Of a stretch of 64,000 nt of DNA, positions 48,283-59,314 are shown piece after piece. The stretch is from positions 468,166 through 532,165 of the forward strand of contig CAWAHY010000004.1 in the NCBI GenBank assembly GCA_963782015.1, in the 5' to 3' direction. This DNA comes from an uncultured Chloroflexia bacterium. GTDB lineage: Bacteria; Chloroflexota; Limnocylindria; QHBO01. The first letter of the stretch is position 1. Each line of letters opens with the position of its first letter. The translations under genes and the position numbers were made by a program. Under the pieces are notes generated by a model. It was not told the DNA's origin. It did no database searches and saw only the letters and a program-made list of their open reading frames with translations.

Positions 48283-48795
48283 GGACGAGGCGGTTGGCGG
48301 GCCGGCGCGCGGGTCGATCCCCACCTCCGCCGCGCCGGCCAGCTCGGCGCGCAGGGTGTCCACCCGCGCCGCCAGCTCGGGGTCGCCGAGCGCCAGGATG
48401 CGTGCCGCCAGGTGGGCCGCGTTCCGCGCCCCGGCGGAGCCGATGGCGACCGCGGCGACCGGGACGCCCGGTGGCATCTGCACCACGCTGTACAGGGCAT
48501 CGGCTCCGCCGAGCACGCCGGCATCCAGCGGAACGCCGATCACCGGCCGCGCCGTGAGCGAGGCGAGCACGCCGGGCAGGTGGGCCGCCATGCCGGCCGC
48601 CCCGACGAAGAGCCGCACCCCGCGCGCCTCCGCGTCCCGCACGTAGGCCGCCAGCGCCGCCGGCTGGCGATGGGCGCTGATGACGCTCGCCTCCCAGGCG
48701 ATCGCGTACCGATCGAGGGTGTCGAAGCAGCCGCCCAGCGCGGAGAGGTCGGAGCGGGAGCCGCAGATCACGGCAACCAGGGGGGCGGGGGTCAT
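48283..48795 (-). CDS. purE: N5-carboxyaminoimidazole ribonucleotide mutase PurE, no in-frame stop before the purB start
   Basis: [22 protein letters not shown] ... VISAHRQP ... [27 protein letters not shown] ... [23 protein letters not shown]. The ORF reads straight through into purB (...[21 protein letters not shown]). Confidence 0.75.
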
Positions 48796-48850
48796 CGGTC
48801 CTAGGATACCCGCAGGCGAGCGGCCGCCGGCCGGGTGACACCGCCCAGGG

Positions 48851-49792
48851 CTAGCGTCCGGCCAGGCGCTCCACCAGCGGGTCGAGCGGGCCGAGCTCGC
48901 CGACCATGATCGAGCTGATGCCGAGCCCCTCGCGCATGGCGATGAACTTCTCCTCCAGCCGCTCGAGCGAGCCGATGAACATCTGCGGCGACTCGAGCAC
49001 CTCGTCCTCGGTGAGCCGGACGCCGCTGCTCGCCGTGAGTCCTTCCGCGACCCGGCGCGCCTCGCCGCGCGCGTCGTCGACCACGGTGACCGGCACCGCC
49101 GACGGGTAGACGTTGAAGCGAAGCCCGTCGAACCGATCGCCGGCGGCCTCTCGCACCCAGCCGATCTTCTCGGCGGTCGCCTCCCAGGTCAGGCTGCGCG
49201 GGTCGCGACGGCTCTGTGGTCCGGTGCGCGGCGCGAGCCCGACGATCTGTGCCTCGCGCCCGGCGAGCGACAGGGTCCGCCGCCCGCCGCCGCCGATCAT
49301 GAACGGTGGATGGGGCCGCTGGACCGTGGCCGGCCCGGCGTCGTAATCGGTGATCCGGTAGTAGCGCCCCGAGAAGCTGAACGGGCCCTCCGCGAAGCAG
49401 CCCTTCATCACCGCGACCGCCTCGGCCAGGCGGTCGGAGCGGATCGGCGCAGGGTCGAAGGCGATCCCCACCGACTCGTACTCGGCCTGGTTCCAGCCGG
49501 CGCCGATCGCCACGTCCAGGCGCCCCTCGCTCAGGACGTCGAGCGAGGCGAGGTCCTGGGCCAGCACCGCGGGATGACGCAGGTCGTTGTTGAAGACGAA
49601 GGCGCCGATCCGCAGCCGCTCCGTCGCGGCAGCGATGACGGCCATGGTCGGGACCGGCGAGAGCTGGTCGAGGATATGGTCGGGGACCACCAGGCCGTGG
49701 TAGCCGAGCGCCTCGGCGCGCCGCGCCCGCTCGCCCAGCTCCCGCGCAGAGATCGGGTCGCGCGACTCGGCCAGGAACTCGAACGGCTTCAT
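48851..49792 (-). CDS. LLM-class flavin-dependent oxidoreductase (luciferase-like monooxygenase fold, F420/FMN-dependent type)
   Basis: ALGYHGLVVPDHI ... RIGAFVFNNDLRHPAVLAQDLASLDVLSEGRLDVAIGAGW ... FSFSGRYY. Probable start MKPFEF at 49792. Its ATG overlaps the last purD stop (ATGA). Confidence 0.7.
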   Translation of the reverse strand: MKPFEFLAESRDPISARELGERARRAEALGYHGLVVPDHILDQLSPVPTMAVIAAATERLRIGAFVFNNDLRHPAVLAQDLASLDVLSEGRLDVAIGAGWNQAEYESVGIAFDPAPIRSDRLAEAVAVMKGCFAEGPFSFSGRYYRITDYDAGPATVQRPHPPFMIGGGGRRTLSLAGREAQIVGLAPRTGPQSRRDPRSLTWEATAEKIGWVREAAGDRFDGLRFNVYPSAVPVTVVDDARGEARRVAEGLTASSGVRLTEDEVLESPQMFIGSLERLEEKFIAMREGLGISSIMVGELGPLDPLVERLAGR

Positions 49793-51070
49793 CCGGCGTA
49801 TCTCCCGGAGCGCGATATCGGTCCGATGGCGGTGTCCGGCCAGGCCGACGCCGGCCACCCCCCGGTACGCCGCGTCCCGCGCCGCACCATGGTCGGCGCC
49901 GATGGCCGACCATGGTCACCACCCGGCCCCCGGCGGAGGCATACCCGGCGCCGGCGGCGCGCGTGCCGGCGTGGAAGCAGAGGAGCGGACCGGCGTCTCG
50001 CGGACCGGAGGGGTCGGCCCCGGTCAGGGCCAGCCCCGCAATCGGCGCCTCGGGGTATCCGTCCGAGGCCACCACCACCCCCACCGCCGCGCCCGGCCGG
50101 GCCGCCAGCGACCCCTCCATCGCCCCGCGGTCGCCGGTCGCCACGCCCGAGCAGCGCGGTCGCCAGGTCGCCGTCGAGCAGGGGCAGCAGGACCTGCGCC
50201 TCGGGGTCGCCGAAGCGCGCGTTGAACTCGAGCACCATCGGGCCGGCCTCGGTGAGCATCAGCCCCGCGTACAGCACGCCGCGGTACGGGGCGTCGTCGC
50301 GGGACATGCGCCAGGCGATCGGCTCGAAGATGGCGGCCACCGCCGCCTCGACCTCGCCGGGACCGAACCAGGGAACCGGCGCGTACGCGCCCATCCCACC
50401 GGTGTTCGGCCCGGCATCGCCGTCGCGCAGCCGCTTGTAGTCGCAGGCCGCCCCCAGTGGGACGACCGCCCTGTCGCTGACGAGGGCGAAGACCGACACC
50501 TCGCGCCCGGAGAGCCGCTCCTCGAGGAGGACCCGTGCGCCGGGCGGAGCGCCGCGGAACAGCTCGCGAATGGCGGCCTCGGCGGCCTCGGTCGTGTCCG
50601 GCACCACGACCCCCTTGCCGGCGGCCAGCCCGTCGGCCTTCACGACCGGCGGCCGCTCGCTGCCCAACGCGTGCGCGACCGCCTCCTCCACGTCGTCGAA
50701 CGCGGCGCTCGCCGGGGTGGCCACCCCGGCGCGGCGCAGCTGCTCCTTGGCGAACGCCTTGCTCGACTCGAGGCGGGCAGCCGCCCGGGTCGGTCCGAAG
50801 ACCGGGATGGAGGCGCGCGCCACCGCATCCGCCACGCCGGCGGCGAGGGGCGCCTCGGGGCCGATCACCACCAGGTCGTAGCGCTCGCGGGCGGCGTGCC
50901 GCGCCACCGCGTCGGGGTCGAGGATGTTCGAAGCCGGTGACCGTCTCCGCCACCGCAGCCGTCCCGCCGTTGCCCGGCGCGATCCGCACCCGCTCGACCG
51001 ACTCGTCCCGCGCCAGGCGCCATGCGAGCGCGTGCTCGCGTCCGCCCCCGCCCAGGACCAGGACCCGCAT
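49789..51070 (-). CDS. purD: phosphoribosylamine--glycine ligase, reading frame switches about four times
   Basis: Pieces in order from ATG 51070. (1) [38 protein letters not shown], in the frame of ORF 50024-51070. (2) [18 protein letters not shown] ... [13 protein letters not shown] ... [15 protein letters not shown] ... [45 protein letters not shown], in the frame of ORF 49789-50907. (3) [43 protein letters not shown], in the frame of ORF 48801-50144. (4) [26 protein letters not shown], in the LLM-gene frame. Terminates at TGA 49789-49791. A 7-C homopolymer lies at 49858-49864, beside one switch. Confidence 0.75.
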
Positions 51071-54006
51071 CTAGCCGCCCGGCGCGGCCGAGGGAGATGC
51101 CTCCGGCGAGGGGGCCGACCAGCTCGCCCAGGCGGTCGAGCACGCGCGCCAGCTCGTCGATGCGAGCCTGGTAGGTGCCAAGGTCGCCCGCCACCAGCGC
51201 CGCCTGCGCGGCGTCATACAGTCGCTGCGCCTCCGCCACCAGCGACGCCACGTCGCCGGGCAGCTCGCCGCCGCCGCCATCGGGCGGCGGGATGGTGGCC
51301 TCGCCAAGGAGCTGGCGGATCCCCTGCTCGAGCGTGTCGGCGAAGGCGAGCTTGTTCTGGCTGGCCAGGATGACCCGCTTGAACTCGGGGAAGGAGGACT
51401 CGGTCGAGCGCAGGAAGATCGGCTCGACGTAGAGGATCGAGTCGCCCATCGGCAGGACCAGCAGGTCGCCGCGCACCACCTCCGAGCCGGCCCTCGACCA
51501 GAGGGTGAACTGGGCCGAGATGGTCGAGTCCTGCTGGATGCGGGCCTGGATCTGGGCCGGCCCCAGGGTGGTCGAGTCCGAGGGGAAGCGGAAGCTGATC
51601 CGCTCGCCGTAGTGGCCCGGGTCCATGCGGGCCGCGATCCAGCTGATCATGTTCGGCCGCGGCCGCGGCGACCATCGGCTGGATCAGGACGAACTCCGGC
51701 TTCGTCTCGGTGGGCAGCTTCATGATCACGTAGTGGGGTGCGATCTGGCTCCCGGGCCCCTCGACGCTGGTCTGCTGCGTCGGGATGGACCACCGGTCGG
51801 TCCGGTTGTAGAGGGCGTCCGCCCCGCGGCTCGTCGCCTCGAGGTGGTAGAGCAGGTACGCCTCGTTCTGCGCGGTGAAGAGGTCCTCGGGATAGCGCAG
51901 GTGGGCCTGCAGGCTCGCCGGCATGGCATCGAGCGGCTCCAGCAGGCTGGGGAAGATCTTCTCGTAGGCCCTGATGATCGGGTCGGTCGGATCGCTGACG
52001 AAGAAGCGGGCCGACCCGTCGTAGGCGTCGATCACGACCTTCACCGAGTTCCGCACGTAGTTCGCGCCGGGGAAGATGTCGGTCAGCGGCTGTGCGTCGG
52101 GATACCGATCCGAGACGGTGTAGGCGTCCCACATCCAGACCAGGCGACCGTCGGCGCTGACGAGGTAGGGGTCCCGGTCGTAGATGAGGAAGGGCGCGAG
52201 CTCCTGGACGCGCTCGCCGATCTCGCGTCGGAAGAGGATCTGGGAGCCATCGGTCAGCTGGTTGCTGATGAGCAGGTTGAGGTCGCTGAAGCGCATCGCG
52301 AAGAGGAGCCGGCTGAAGAAGTTGCCCACGCTGACGCCGGTCGAGCCCTGCCACGTCGTGACCGCGTTGTCCTGGTCGCCCAGCGGGTAGTCGAACTCGT
52401 TCGCCTTCGTGTCGACGACGACGTACGAGGAGGGCTCCTCGCCGAAGTAGATGCGCGGCTCACCGACGGGGAGCTTCGGCTCCTGGTTGATCCCGCTCAC
52501 CAGGTAGTCGGGCTGACCCTCCGGCGTGACCGCGTTGACCGGGACCGCCGTGATTCCGTAGCCGTGGGTGTACGCCAGCCGGTCGTTGGTCCACGATTGG
52601 GCGTCGGCGGGGGGACCCTTGATCTCGCGCGCGCTGAGCATGATCTGGCGCTGCTGCCCGTCGATCACGTAGCGGTCGATGTCCACGTCGAGGAACTCGT
52701 AGTACTGGCGCAGGATCTGCTGCTGCCCGAACGTGGTGAGGAGCGGGCGGTAGTCCCACAGCCGCATGTTGTCGATGGTCGCCCGGTTGGCGGTGATCAG
52801 CTGCCGGCTGAGCGCCTGCTCCCCGGTATAGGGCTCGACCTCGATGGCGTCGAGGGAGAAGGCGGCTCGCGTCATCTTGATGTGCTGCTCGATGTACGGC
52901 CGCTCCAGCGACAGCTCGTTCGGATCGACGTTCAGTCGCTGGACGATGCTGGGGTAGACGCCTCCGACCAGGATCGTGATCCCGATCCAGGCTCCGCCGG
53001 CGAGCGCGATGGCCCACAGCGTCTTGAACCAGATGTTCGCCAGCAGCAGCGCCGCGGCCGCCAGCGCGACCACGGTCAGGATCACGTAGGCCGGCACCTG
53101 GGCGTGGATATCGGTGTAGGTGGCTGCCTGGATCGTCCCGCTCACGCCCCGGGTGGAGTACGACAGCTCCGCGATGTCGAACTGGTAGCCGGTGGCGATC
53201 GCCACCAGCAGCAGCGCGCCAAGGGTCGACAGGTGCGCGCGGACGGGCGCCGTGAGGCGCAGCTGCCACTTCAGCGCACCGGCGGCGTACGTCCCCAGGC
53301 TGAGCAGGATGATCGTGAACAGGCTGGTCACGCCCCAGCCCTGGAGGAAGCGCCAGAAGGGCAGGTCGAAGATGTAGAAGCCGATGTCGTGGCTGAAGTT
53401 CGGGTCGACCGACCCGAAGTCGCCGCCATTCACGAAGAGCAGGACGGTCTGCCAGCTGCCGCTCCAGGCGGCACCCGAGACGAGGCCCAGCACGACCACG
53501 GCGCCCGCCAGCACCAGCGTCACCACGCGGCTGATATCCGGCAGCTCCAGGTTCCCGACGCGCCGGATCGGCACCTGCGGGGCGATCCGCCTGGCGAGCC
53601 AGATGCTCGCCAGGGCCGGCAGCGCGAAGGCCACGAAGCCGACCCCGAAGAGCCCGACCTGCGACCAGAGGCGGGTGGTGAGCACCCCCTGCAGGCCGAG
53701 CGCGTCGTACCACATCAGGTCGGTGAGCAGGCTGACCAGGCCGCCGAGCACGCCGAAGACGAGGAAGAGGACCGCGAGCACGCCGATGATCAGCCCCCAG
53801 CGCGGCTGCCGCAGGGGACCGCCGGGGGTGAGGACCTGGGGCCTGCGCCCCCGGAACGGCGGCTCGTCGTCGCCCGGCTCGTCGGGGTGCCCGTTGCCGC
53901 CCCCTGGGCGCGGGGCGGAGGGTCGTGGCCGCCCCTCGCGGCGGGCGTCCTGCTCAGCCTGACGCTGCTGCAGCTCTTCGAGGAGCTTGTCGAACCAGGA
54001 GGACAT
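51071..54006 (-). CDS. UPF0182 family large membrane protein, frame interrupted near the 3' end
   Basis: ATG 54006 (MSSWFDKLLEELQQ). ~7 N-terminal TM helices, then a long extracytoplasmic domain (YIEQHIKMTRAAFSLD ... WDYRPLLTTFGQQQILRQYYEF ... AYTHGYGITAVPVN ... YPEDLFTAQNEAYLLYH). After ...KPEFVLIQPMV it continues in the frame of ORF 50865-51650 (RMDPGHYGERISFRFPS...LVLPMGDSILYVEPIFL...). A further shift is needed to reach the TAG at 51071-51073, which abuts the purD ATG. Confidence 0.7.
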
Positions 54007-54158
54007 GTATGAGCCGCATGCTAGCGGTCGGGCGGGATCCTGTCTGTTCGAGTGCCGATCCGCGGCTGCCGATGCGACCACCGACCGGTTGGGGCTCGCC
54101 CACGATGTAGTAGGGTGACGACGGGGATCACCGACACACACCGAGGAGTGGCTCGGCC

Positions 54159-55254
54159 ATGTTCCGCATCAGGCGCGTCGTTCCAGCCGTGGTCACCTCG
54201 CTCTGCCTCATCGCCTCCGCATGCGCAGCCCCATCCGGATCGGAGAGTGGACCTGGCGCCAGCGGCACGGCGGGGCCGAGCGCTCCAGGCTCGGAGCCGG
54301 CCGGGTCGGCTTCGGCCGAGCCGACCGGACCAGCCACCGTCGGGCTGGACGAGGTGGCATCGCTCAAGCTGGACCTGGACGATGGCCCCGACTGGCCGTC
54401 TGAGCTGGACGGCTCCCTCTGGATCCTCGCCCCCGACGGACCGCTGATCACCGGCGGCGCCGAGCCGTACGTGTACCGGATCGACCCCGAGACCGGCGAC
54501 GAGCAGGCGCGCGTCACCGTCGGCGGCAGGCTGTGCCAGGGGATGGTGGCCGGCTTCGACGCGCTGTGGGTGTGCGCCGACGACGGCATGCTTCGCATCG
54601 ACCCGGCGACGAACACCGTGGCGGCCCATGTCGCTTTCCAGGCAGCACGGGTGTTCGCGCGGCCGGCGGTCAGCGAGGATGCGGTCTGGTCGCTGGCCGG
54701 CAACATCGTGGCGGACTCGGTGGTCCGCATCGACCCCGCGACCAATCTGGTCACCGCCACCTACCCGCTGGGCCACGTCGCCCGGGCGCTCAGCTACGGG
54801 TCCGGGGCGCTCTGGGCGACTAGCACAGCGGACGGGCTCCTGCTCCGGATCGACCCGGACACCGGCGTGGTGACCGAGGCCGTCTCCGACCTCCCTGACG
54901 CCGGCATCGATCGCCACCGGGGCCGGCAGCGTGTGGGTCGCCCTCTACTACTCGGAGGGAGAGGTCCGCCCGCCCGGCGATCCAGCGCTCCTGCGGTACG
55001 ACCCCGTGACCGGCTCCTCCACCCTGATCGACATCGGCAGCAGTCCGGGCAGCTCGGCCGACATCGTGGCGACCGACGAGGCGGTCTGGGTGCGCGGCTC
55101 GGAACCGTTCATCGTGCGCCTCGATCCCGGCCACGAACGAGGTCGTGTGGGCCGTCTCGAAGCCCGGCACCGGTGAGGGGTCGATCGGAATCGTCGGAGG
55201 CGCCCTGTGGGCGACGTCAGTGGATACCGGTTCGGTGTGGCGCATCGACCTTTG
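54159..55254 (+). CDS. lipoprotein with beta-propeller-like repeats, frame interrupted twice
   Basis: Lipobox (SLCLIASACAAPS), Ser/Pro/Gly-rich linker, then repeated LRIDPATNxV / VVRIDPATNLV / LLLRIDPDTGVV units in ORF 54159-55325. Continues as ...VALYYSEGEVRPPGDPALLRYDPVTGSS...FIVRLDPGHE in the frame of ORF 54931-55176. A final piece (GEGSIGIVGGALWATSVDTGSVWRIDL*) ends at 55254. Switches near 54910 and 55150. Confidence 0.5.
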
Positions 55255-55274
55255 ATCCGGGCCGGTGGGGGGCA

Positions 55275-55294
55275 GGAGTAGCCGGGGCTACTCC
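55275..55294. terminator. GC-rich hairpin in the convergent gap between the lipoprotein gene and guaA (possible bidirectional terminator)
   Basis: GGAGTAGCC-ggg-GGCTACTCC, a perfect 9-bp stem with a 3-nt loop. It includes the guaA stop codon. There is no clear U-tract. Confidence 0.35.
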
Positions 55295-56991
55295 CACTCG
55301 ATCGTGGCCGGGGGCTTGCTGCTGATGTCGTAGACGACCCGGTTCACGCCGGCCACCTCGTTCACGATCCGGGAGCTGATCTTCGCCAGCAGCTCGTACG
55401 GGAGGCGCGCCCAGTCCGCGGTCATGCCGTCGTCGCTGGTCACCGCCCGGATGGCGACCACGTTGGCGTAGGTGCGGAAGTCGCCCATCACTCCCACGCT
55501 GCGAACCGGGGTCAGGATCGCGAAGGACTGCCACAGTGACCGATACAGCCCGGCGGCCTTGATCTCGTCGATCACGATCCAGTCCGCCTCGCGCAGCGTC
55601 TCGAGCCGCTCCGCGGTGACCGCCCCGATGATCCGGATCGCGAGCCCCGGGCCGGGGAACGGCTGGCGCAGGACCATCGCGTCGGGCAGCCCCAGCTCCG
55701 CTCCCACGTTGCGCACCTCGTCCTTGAAGAGGTAGCGCAGCGGCTCGATCAGGCTGAAGCGCAGGTCGGCCGGCAGCCCACCGACGTTGTGATGCGTCTT
55801 GATCTTGGCCGCGGCCTTGGTCTCGGAGGTCTTCGACTCGATCACGTCGGGGTAGAGGGTGCCCTGCGTCAGGAAGTCGATCTGCCCCAGCTTGGTCGCC
55901 TCCTCCTCGAAGACGCGGATGAACTCGTCGCCGATGATGCGGCGCTTCTCCTCGGGATCCTCCACGCCCTCGAGGCGCCGGAGGAATCGGTCTCGCGCAT
56001 CCACCATGATCAGCTTCATCCCGAAGTGCTCGGCGAAGGTGGCGCGCAGGAGCTCCGACTCGCGCTTGCGCATCAGGCCGTGGTCCACGTAGATGCAGGT
56101 CAGCTGGTCGCCGATCGCCCGGTGGACGAGGGTCGCCGCCACCGCCGAGTCGACGCCCCCCGAGAGCGCGCAGATCACCTTTCCGTCGCCGACGCGGGCG
56201 CGGATCTCGGCGACCGTCGTCTCGACGAAGTTGGCCGGCGTCCACGACGGGCGTGCCCCGGCGATCCCGATCACGAAGTTGCGCAGGATCTCGCGACCGG
56301 CGGGGGTATGCACCACCTCGGGGTGGAACTGGATCCCGTAGAGGCTGCGGGACGGATCGGCCAGGCCAGCGTAGGTGCTCGTCTCGGTCTGGGCGGTGGT
56401 GGTGAAGCCTGTCGGCGGGCGCACGATCCGGTCGCCGTGGCTCATCCACACCGGCTGGATCGGCTCGAGCCCGCGGAAGAGCCCGTCACCGCTGATGATC
56501 TCGACCGATGCCGGTCCGTACTCGCGCTTGGTGCTGGCGGCCACTTCGCCGCCGAGCTGGTGCGCCATCAGCTGGACGCCGTAGCAGATGCCGAGCACCG
56601 GGATGCCGCCCGACCAGATGGCCGGGTCGGGCGACGGGGCCGCGGGGTCAAAGACCGATGCCGGACCGCCGGAGAGGATGATCCCCTTGGGCCGGCGCCT
56701 CGCAATCTCGGCCCATGGCGTGTCATGGGGGAGCAGCTCCGAGTAGACGTTCAGCTCGCGCACGCGGCGGGCGATCAGCTGCGCGAACTGGCTGCCGAAG
56801 TCGAGGATGACGACCGTGTCGGGCTCGACTGGCGCCTCGCCGTCGCGCTGCGGCGGCGGTGCGTGGAGCGCCTGTTCCAGGTAGGCCTCCACCTCGGCGT
56901 CGTCCGGTGCCAGGACCCGGTGGCCGGCGTTGGCCAGCTCGCCGTGGACGGTTCGGCCGCGGGTCGGCGGCGATGATGGCTCCTCGGGCAA
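55288..56991 (-). CDS. guaA: GMP synthase (glutamine-hydrolysing)
   Basis: Intact. GATase ([20 protein letters not shown] ... GICYGVQLM ... FHPEV). ATP-PPase ([10 protein letters not shown]). Dimerisation C-terminus ([12 protein letters not shown]). The true start is probably downstream of 56991. Confidence 0.9.
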   Translation of the reverse strand: MPEEPSSPPTRGRTVHGELANAGHRVLAPDDAEVEAYLEQALHAPPPQRDGEAPVEPDTVVILDFGSQFAQLIARRVRELNVYSELLPHDTPWAEIARRRPKGIILSGGPASVFDPAAPSPDPAIWSGGIPVLGICYGVQLMAHQLGGEVAASTKREYGPASVEIISGDGLFRGLEPIQPVWMSHGDRIVRPPTGFTTTAQTETSTYAGLADPSRSLYGIQFHPEVVHTPAGREILRNFVIGIAGARPSWTPANFVETTVAEIRARVGDGKVICALSGGVDSAVAATLVHRAIGDQLTCIYVDHGLMRKRESELLRATFAEHFGMKLIMVDARDRFLRRLEGVEDPEEKRRIIGDEFIRVFEEEATKLGQIDFLTQGTLYPDVIESKTSETKAAAKIKTHHNVGGLPADLRFSLIEPLRYLFKDEVRNVGAELGLPDAMVLRQPFPGPGLAIRIIGAVTAERLETLREADWIVIDEIKAAGLYRSLWQSFAILTPVRSVGVMGDFRTYANVVAIRAVTSDDGMTADWARLPYELLAKISSRIVNEVAGVNRVVYDISSKPPATIEWE

Positions 56992-57038
56992 TATTCCCTC
57001 CCGAATGCGTGCACCCAGTCTACCGGGGGCGGTAGGCT

Positions 57039-57551
57039 ATGGGTCCGATGGAAGACACGACCAGCCGATCTGACCCGCGCATGGTGGACCTGGCGCCGCA
57101 GCCGACGGTCGCCGCTCGCGTCAAGAAGCCGTTCGAACAGGTGGACGTCGGGGCGGCCTTCGAGCTGCACCTGGCAAACGTGGCGGACCGCATCGCCGAC
57201 CTGGGCGGGACGCCCGCCGGACCTCCCTACGCGAGGTACCACGAGTTCGGCCCGGAGCGAGCGGATGTCGAGTTCGGTATCCCGGTCGCTGCCCCGATAG
57301 GAAACCTCCGGCCGCTGGCCGAGTGCGAGCCTGGCGAAGTCGGAGCGGGCGAGCTGCCCGGCGGGCCGGCGGCCGTCACCCTCCACGTGGGCCGCTACCC
57401 GGGGCTCGGCGCCGCCTATGAGCGGCTGGGGGCGTGGATTCCGGCGCAGGGCCACACGCCGGGTGGCGCGCCGTGGGAGTCCTACATCAGCGATCCGACG
57501 GAGGTCGGCGAGGCCGATCTGCGCACCGAGGTGATCTGGCCGGTCAGCTGA
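57039..57551 (+). CDS. GyrI-like small-molecule-binding domain protein (AraC effector-binding-domain fold)
   Basis: 170 aa. The pattern (VKKPFEQVDVGAAFELHLANVADRIADLG ... GPPYARYHEFGPERADVEFGIPV ... GELPGGPAAVTLHVGRYPGLGAAYERLGAWIPAQGHTPGGAPWESYISDP) matches GyrI-like / Cass2 architecture. This is inferred from the pattern only. Confidence 0.5.
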   Translation: MGPMEDTTSRSDPRMVDLAPQPTVAARVKKPFEQVDVGAAFELHLANVADRIADLGGTPAGPPYARYHEFGPERADVEFGIPVAAPIGNLRPLAECEPGEVGAGELPGGPAAVTLHVGRYPGLGAAYERLGAWIPAQGHTPGGAPWESYISDPTEVGEADLRTEVIWPVS

Positions 57552-57557
57552 CCCGAC

Positions 57558-58724
57558 TCACTCCGTGCCGGCCAGCTGCCAGGACTTGCCCTCGGTCGCG
57601 ATCGACGGCGCGATCACCATCTCGACCTCGTGCATCTCGCGGATCGTCCGCGCGCCGAGCGCCGCCATCGACTGCCGCAGCGCGCCGACCAGGTTCTGGG
57701 TGCCGTGGGTGGTGTGCGCCGGGCCGAAGAGGATCTGCTCGAGCGGCAGCTGGGCCCCGACCTTGATCCGGGTGCCGCGCGGCAGGGTCGGCGACGGAGC
57801 GGCCATCCCCCAGTTGACGCCGCGCCCCGGCGCCTCGAGCGCCGCGGCGAAGGGTGAGCCGAGCATCACCGCATCGGCTCCCGAGGCGATCGCCTTGGCG
57901 ATGTCGCCGCCGGTCTTCATGCCGCCGTCGGTGATCACGGGAACGTAGCGGCCGGTCTCGCGCTCGTAGCGATCGCGGGCTGCGGCGACCTCGAGCGTGG
58001 CGCTCACCTGCGGCACGCCGATCCCCAGCACCTCGCGCGTCGTGCAGGCGGCGCCGGGTCCGACGCCCACCAGGACCGCGGCGGCGCCCTGGTGCATCAG
58101 CTGGTAGGCGGCCTCGCCACTCACCGTGTTGCCGACCAGGACGGGCATCTTGAGCGCTCCGGTCAGGTCCGCCAGGGAGAGGACGCGGCCCCCCGTCGAG
58201 ATGTGGCGTGCGCTCGAGACCTGCGACTGGACCAGGAACAGCTCGGCGCCGGCCTCAGCGGCGACCTCGGCGTGATGCCAGGCCGAGGCGGGCGTCGTGG
58301 CGACCGCGGCGATCCCGCCCTGGGCCCGGATCCGGGTAATGAGCGCCACGATCAGGTCGTCGCGCACCGGGGCGGCATAGGCGGCCGCCAGCAGCTCGGC
58401 CGCCTCCTGGTTGCTGGCCGCGGCAACGACCCGCTCGATGACCGGGGTCGCGTCCTCATACCGTGTGTAGAGGCCCTCGAGGTTGACGAAGGCGAGCCCG
58501 CCGTGGCGGCTCATGCGCGCCGCGAAGTCCGCGTCGGCGACGGCGTCCATGGCGGCGGCGATGAACGGGATCTCGAGCCGGCGGCCGCCGATCTCGGTGG
58601 TCAGGTCGATCTCGGCCGGGTCGACGGTGGTGGCCCCGGGGACCAGCGCCACCTCCTCGAAGCCGTAGGCGCGCCGCAGGCGGGTCGAGGTGGCGTCCGG
58701 GGCGAGAGTCGACGGGTCGATCAA
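57558..58724 (-). CDS. IMP dehydrogenase family protein without CBS domains (GuaB3-like)
   Basis: TIM-barrel IMPDH signatures (IPFIAAAMD ... GGLAFVN ... VLVGNTVSGEAAYQLMHQGAAAVLVGVGPGAACTTREVLGIGVPQ ... ITDGGMKTGGDIAKAIASGADAVMLGS). No CBS insert. Start set to TTG at 58724 (GGAGG 6 nt upstream) to avoid overlap with the upstream lipoprotein gene. Confidence 0.75.
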   Translation of the reverse strand: MIDPSTLAPDATSTRLRRAYGFEEVALVPGATTVDPAEIDLTTEIGGRRLEIPFIAAAMDAVADADFAARMSRHGGLAFVNLEGLYTRYEDATPVIERVVAAASNQEAAELLAAAYAAPVRDDLIVALITRIRAQGGIAAVATTPASAWHHAEVAAEAGAELFLVQSQVSSARHISTGGRVLSLADLTGALKMPVLVGNTVSGEAAYQLMHQGAAAVLVGVGPGAACTTREVLGIGVPQVSATLEVAAARDRYERETGRYVPVITDGGMKTGGDIAKAIASGADAVMLGSPFAAALEAPGRGVNWGMAAPSPTLPRGTRIKVGAQLPLEQILFGPAHTTHGTQNLVGALRQSMAALGARTIREMHEVEMVIAPSIATEGKSWQLAGTE

Positions 58725-58767
58725 CGACGGCCTCCGCGGGGTGTCCGGTGAGTATAGATGGCGGGGA

Positions 58768-59313
58768 TCACGGGATCCGCCACTGGATGGCATCCAGGAA
58801 GCCCAGGAAGGCGGATCGGGTCGCCTCGCTCGGATCACGGGCGCAGACCACCAGGGTATCCACCCGCTGCGGGGTGACGGTGACGTGGTAGAGCGATCCC
58901 TCGGTGAAGCCGGTCCCCTCGCATCCTGCGCCGATGGGTGCCTGGACGCCCTGCCGGTTGCCGATCCGGATCAGCGGCGCGGGCGGCAGGTCGCAGCCTC
59001 CCGCCACGCACGGATCCGCCAGCCAGGTGACGAAGACCCCACCCTGGCGCAGCTCATCAGCGAGCGGGGACTGGCAGACCGCTGACTTGGGACGCGGGCA
59101 ATCCGGACGGAGCGGCTCGTTCGCCAGATACGCCACGATCTTGCCGCTGTTGCCTAACTCGGCGGTCGACTCCACCAGCTGCCAGCCGGTGGGGGCGACG
59201 AACCGCACCTCGTCGCTGACAAACGCCGGTCCACCAGGGGCAACGTGCTCCGTGTTCGAGCCGCATCCTGCCAGCGCGACCGTGCCGACCAGGAGCGCGG
59301 CCACCCGTCGCAC
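58768..59313 (-). CDS. hypothetical lipoprotein
   Basis: MRRVAALLVGTVALAGCGSN lipobox. 181 aa, with Cys-containing extracytoplasmic domain. Located between purA and the GuaB3-like gene, same strand, 1-nt gap to the purA stop. Confidence 0.5.
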   Translation of the reverse strand: MRRVAALLVGTVALAGCGSNTEHVAPGGPAFVSDEVRFVAPTGWQLVESTAELGNSGKIVAYLANEPLRPDCPRPKSAVCQSPLADELRQGGVFVTWLADPCVAGGCDLPPAPLIRIGNRQGVQAPIGAGCEGTGFTEGSLYHVTVTPQRVDTLVVCARDPSEATRSAFLGFLDAIQWRIP

Positions 59314-59314
59314 G

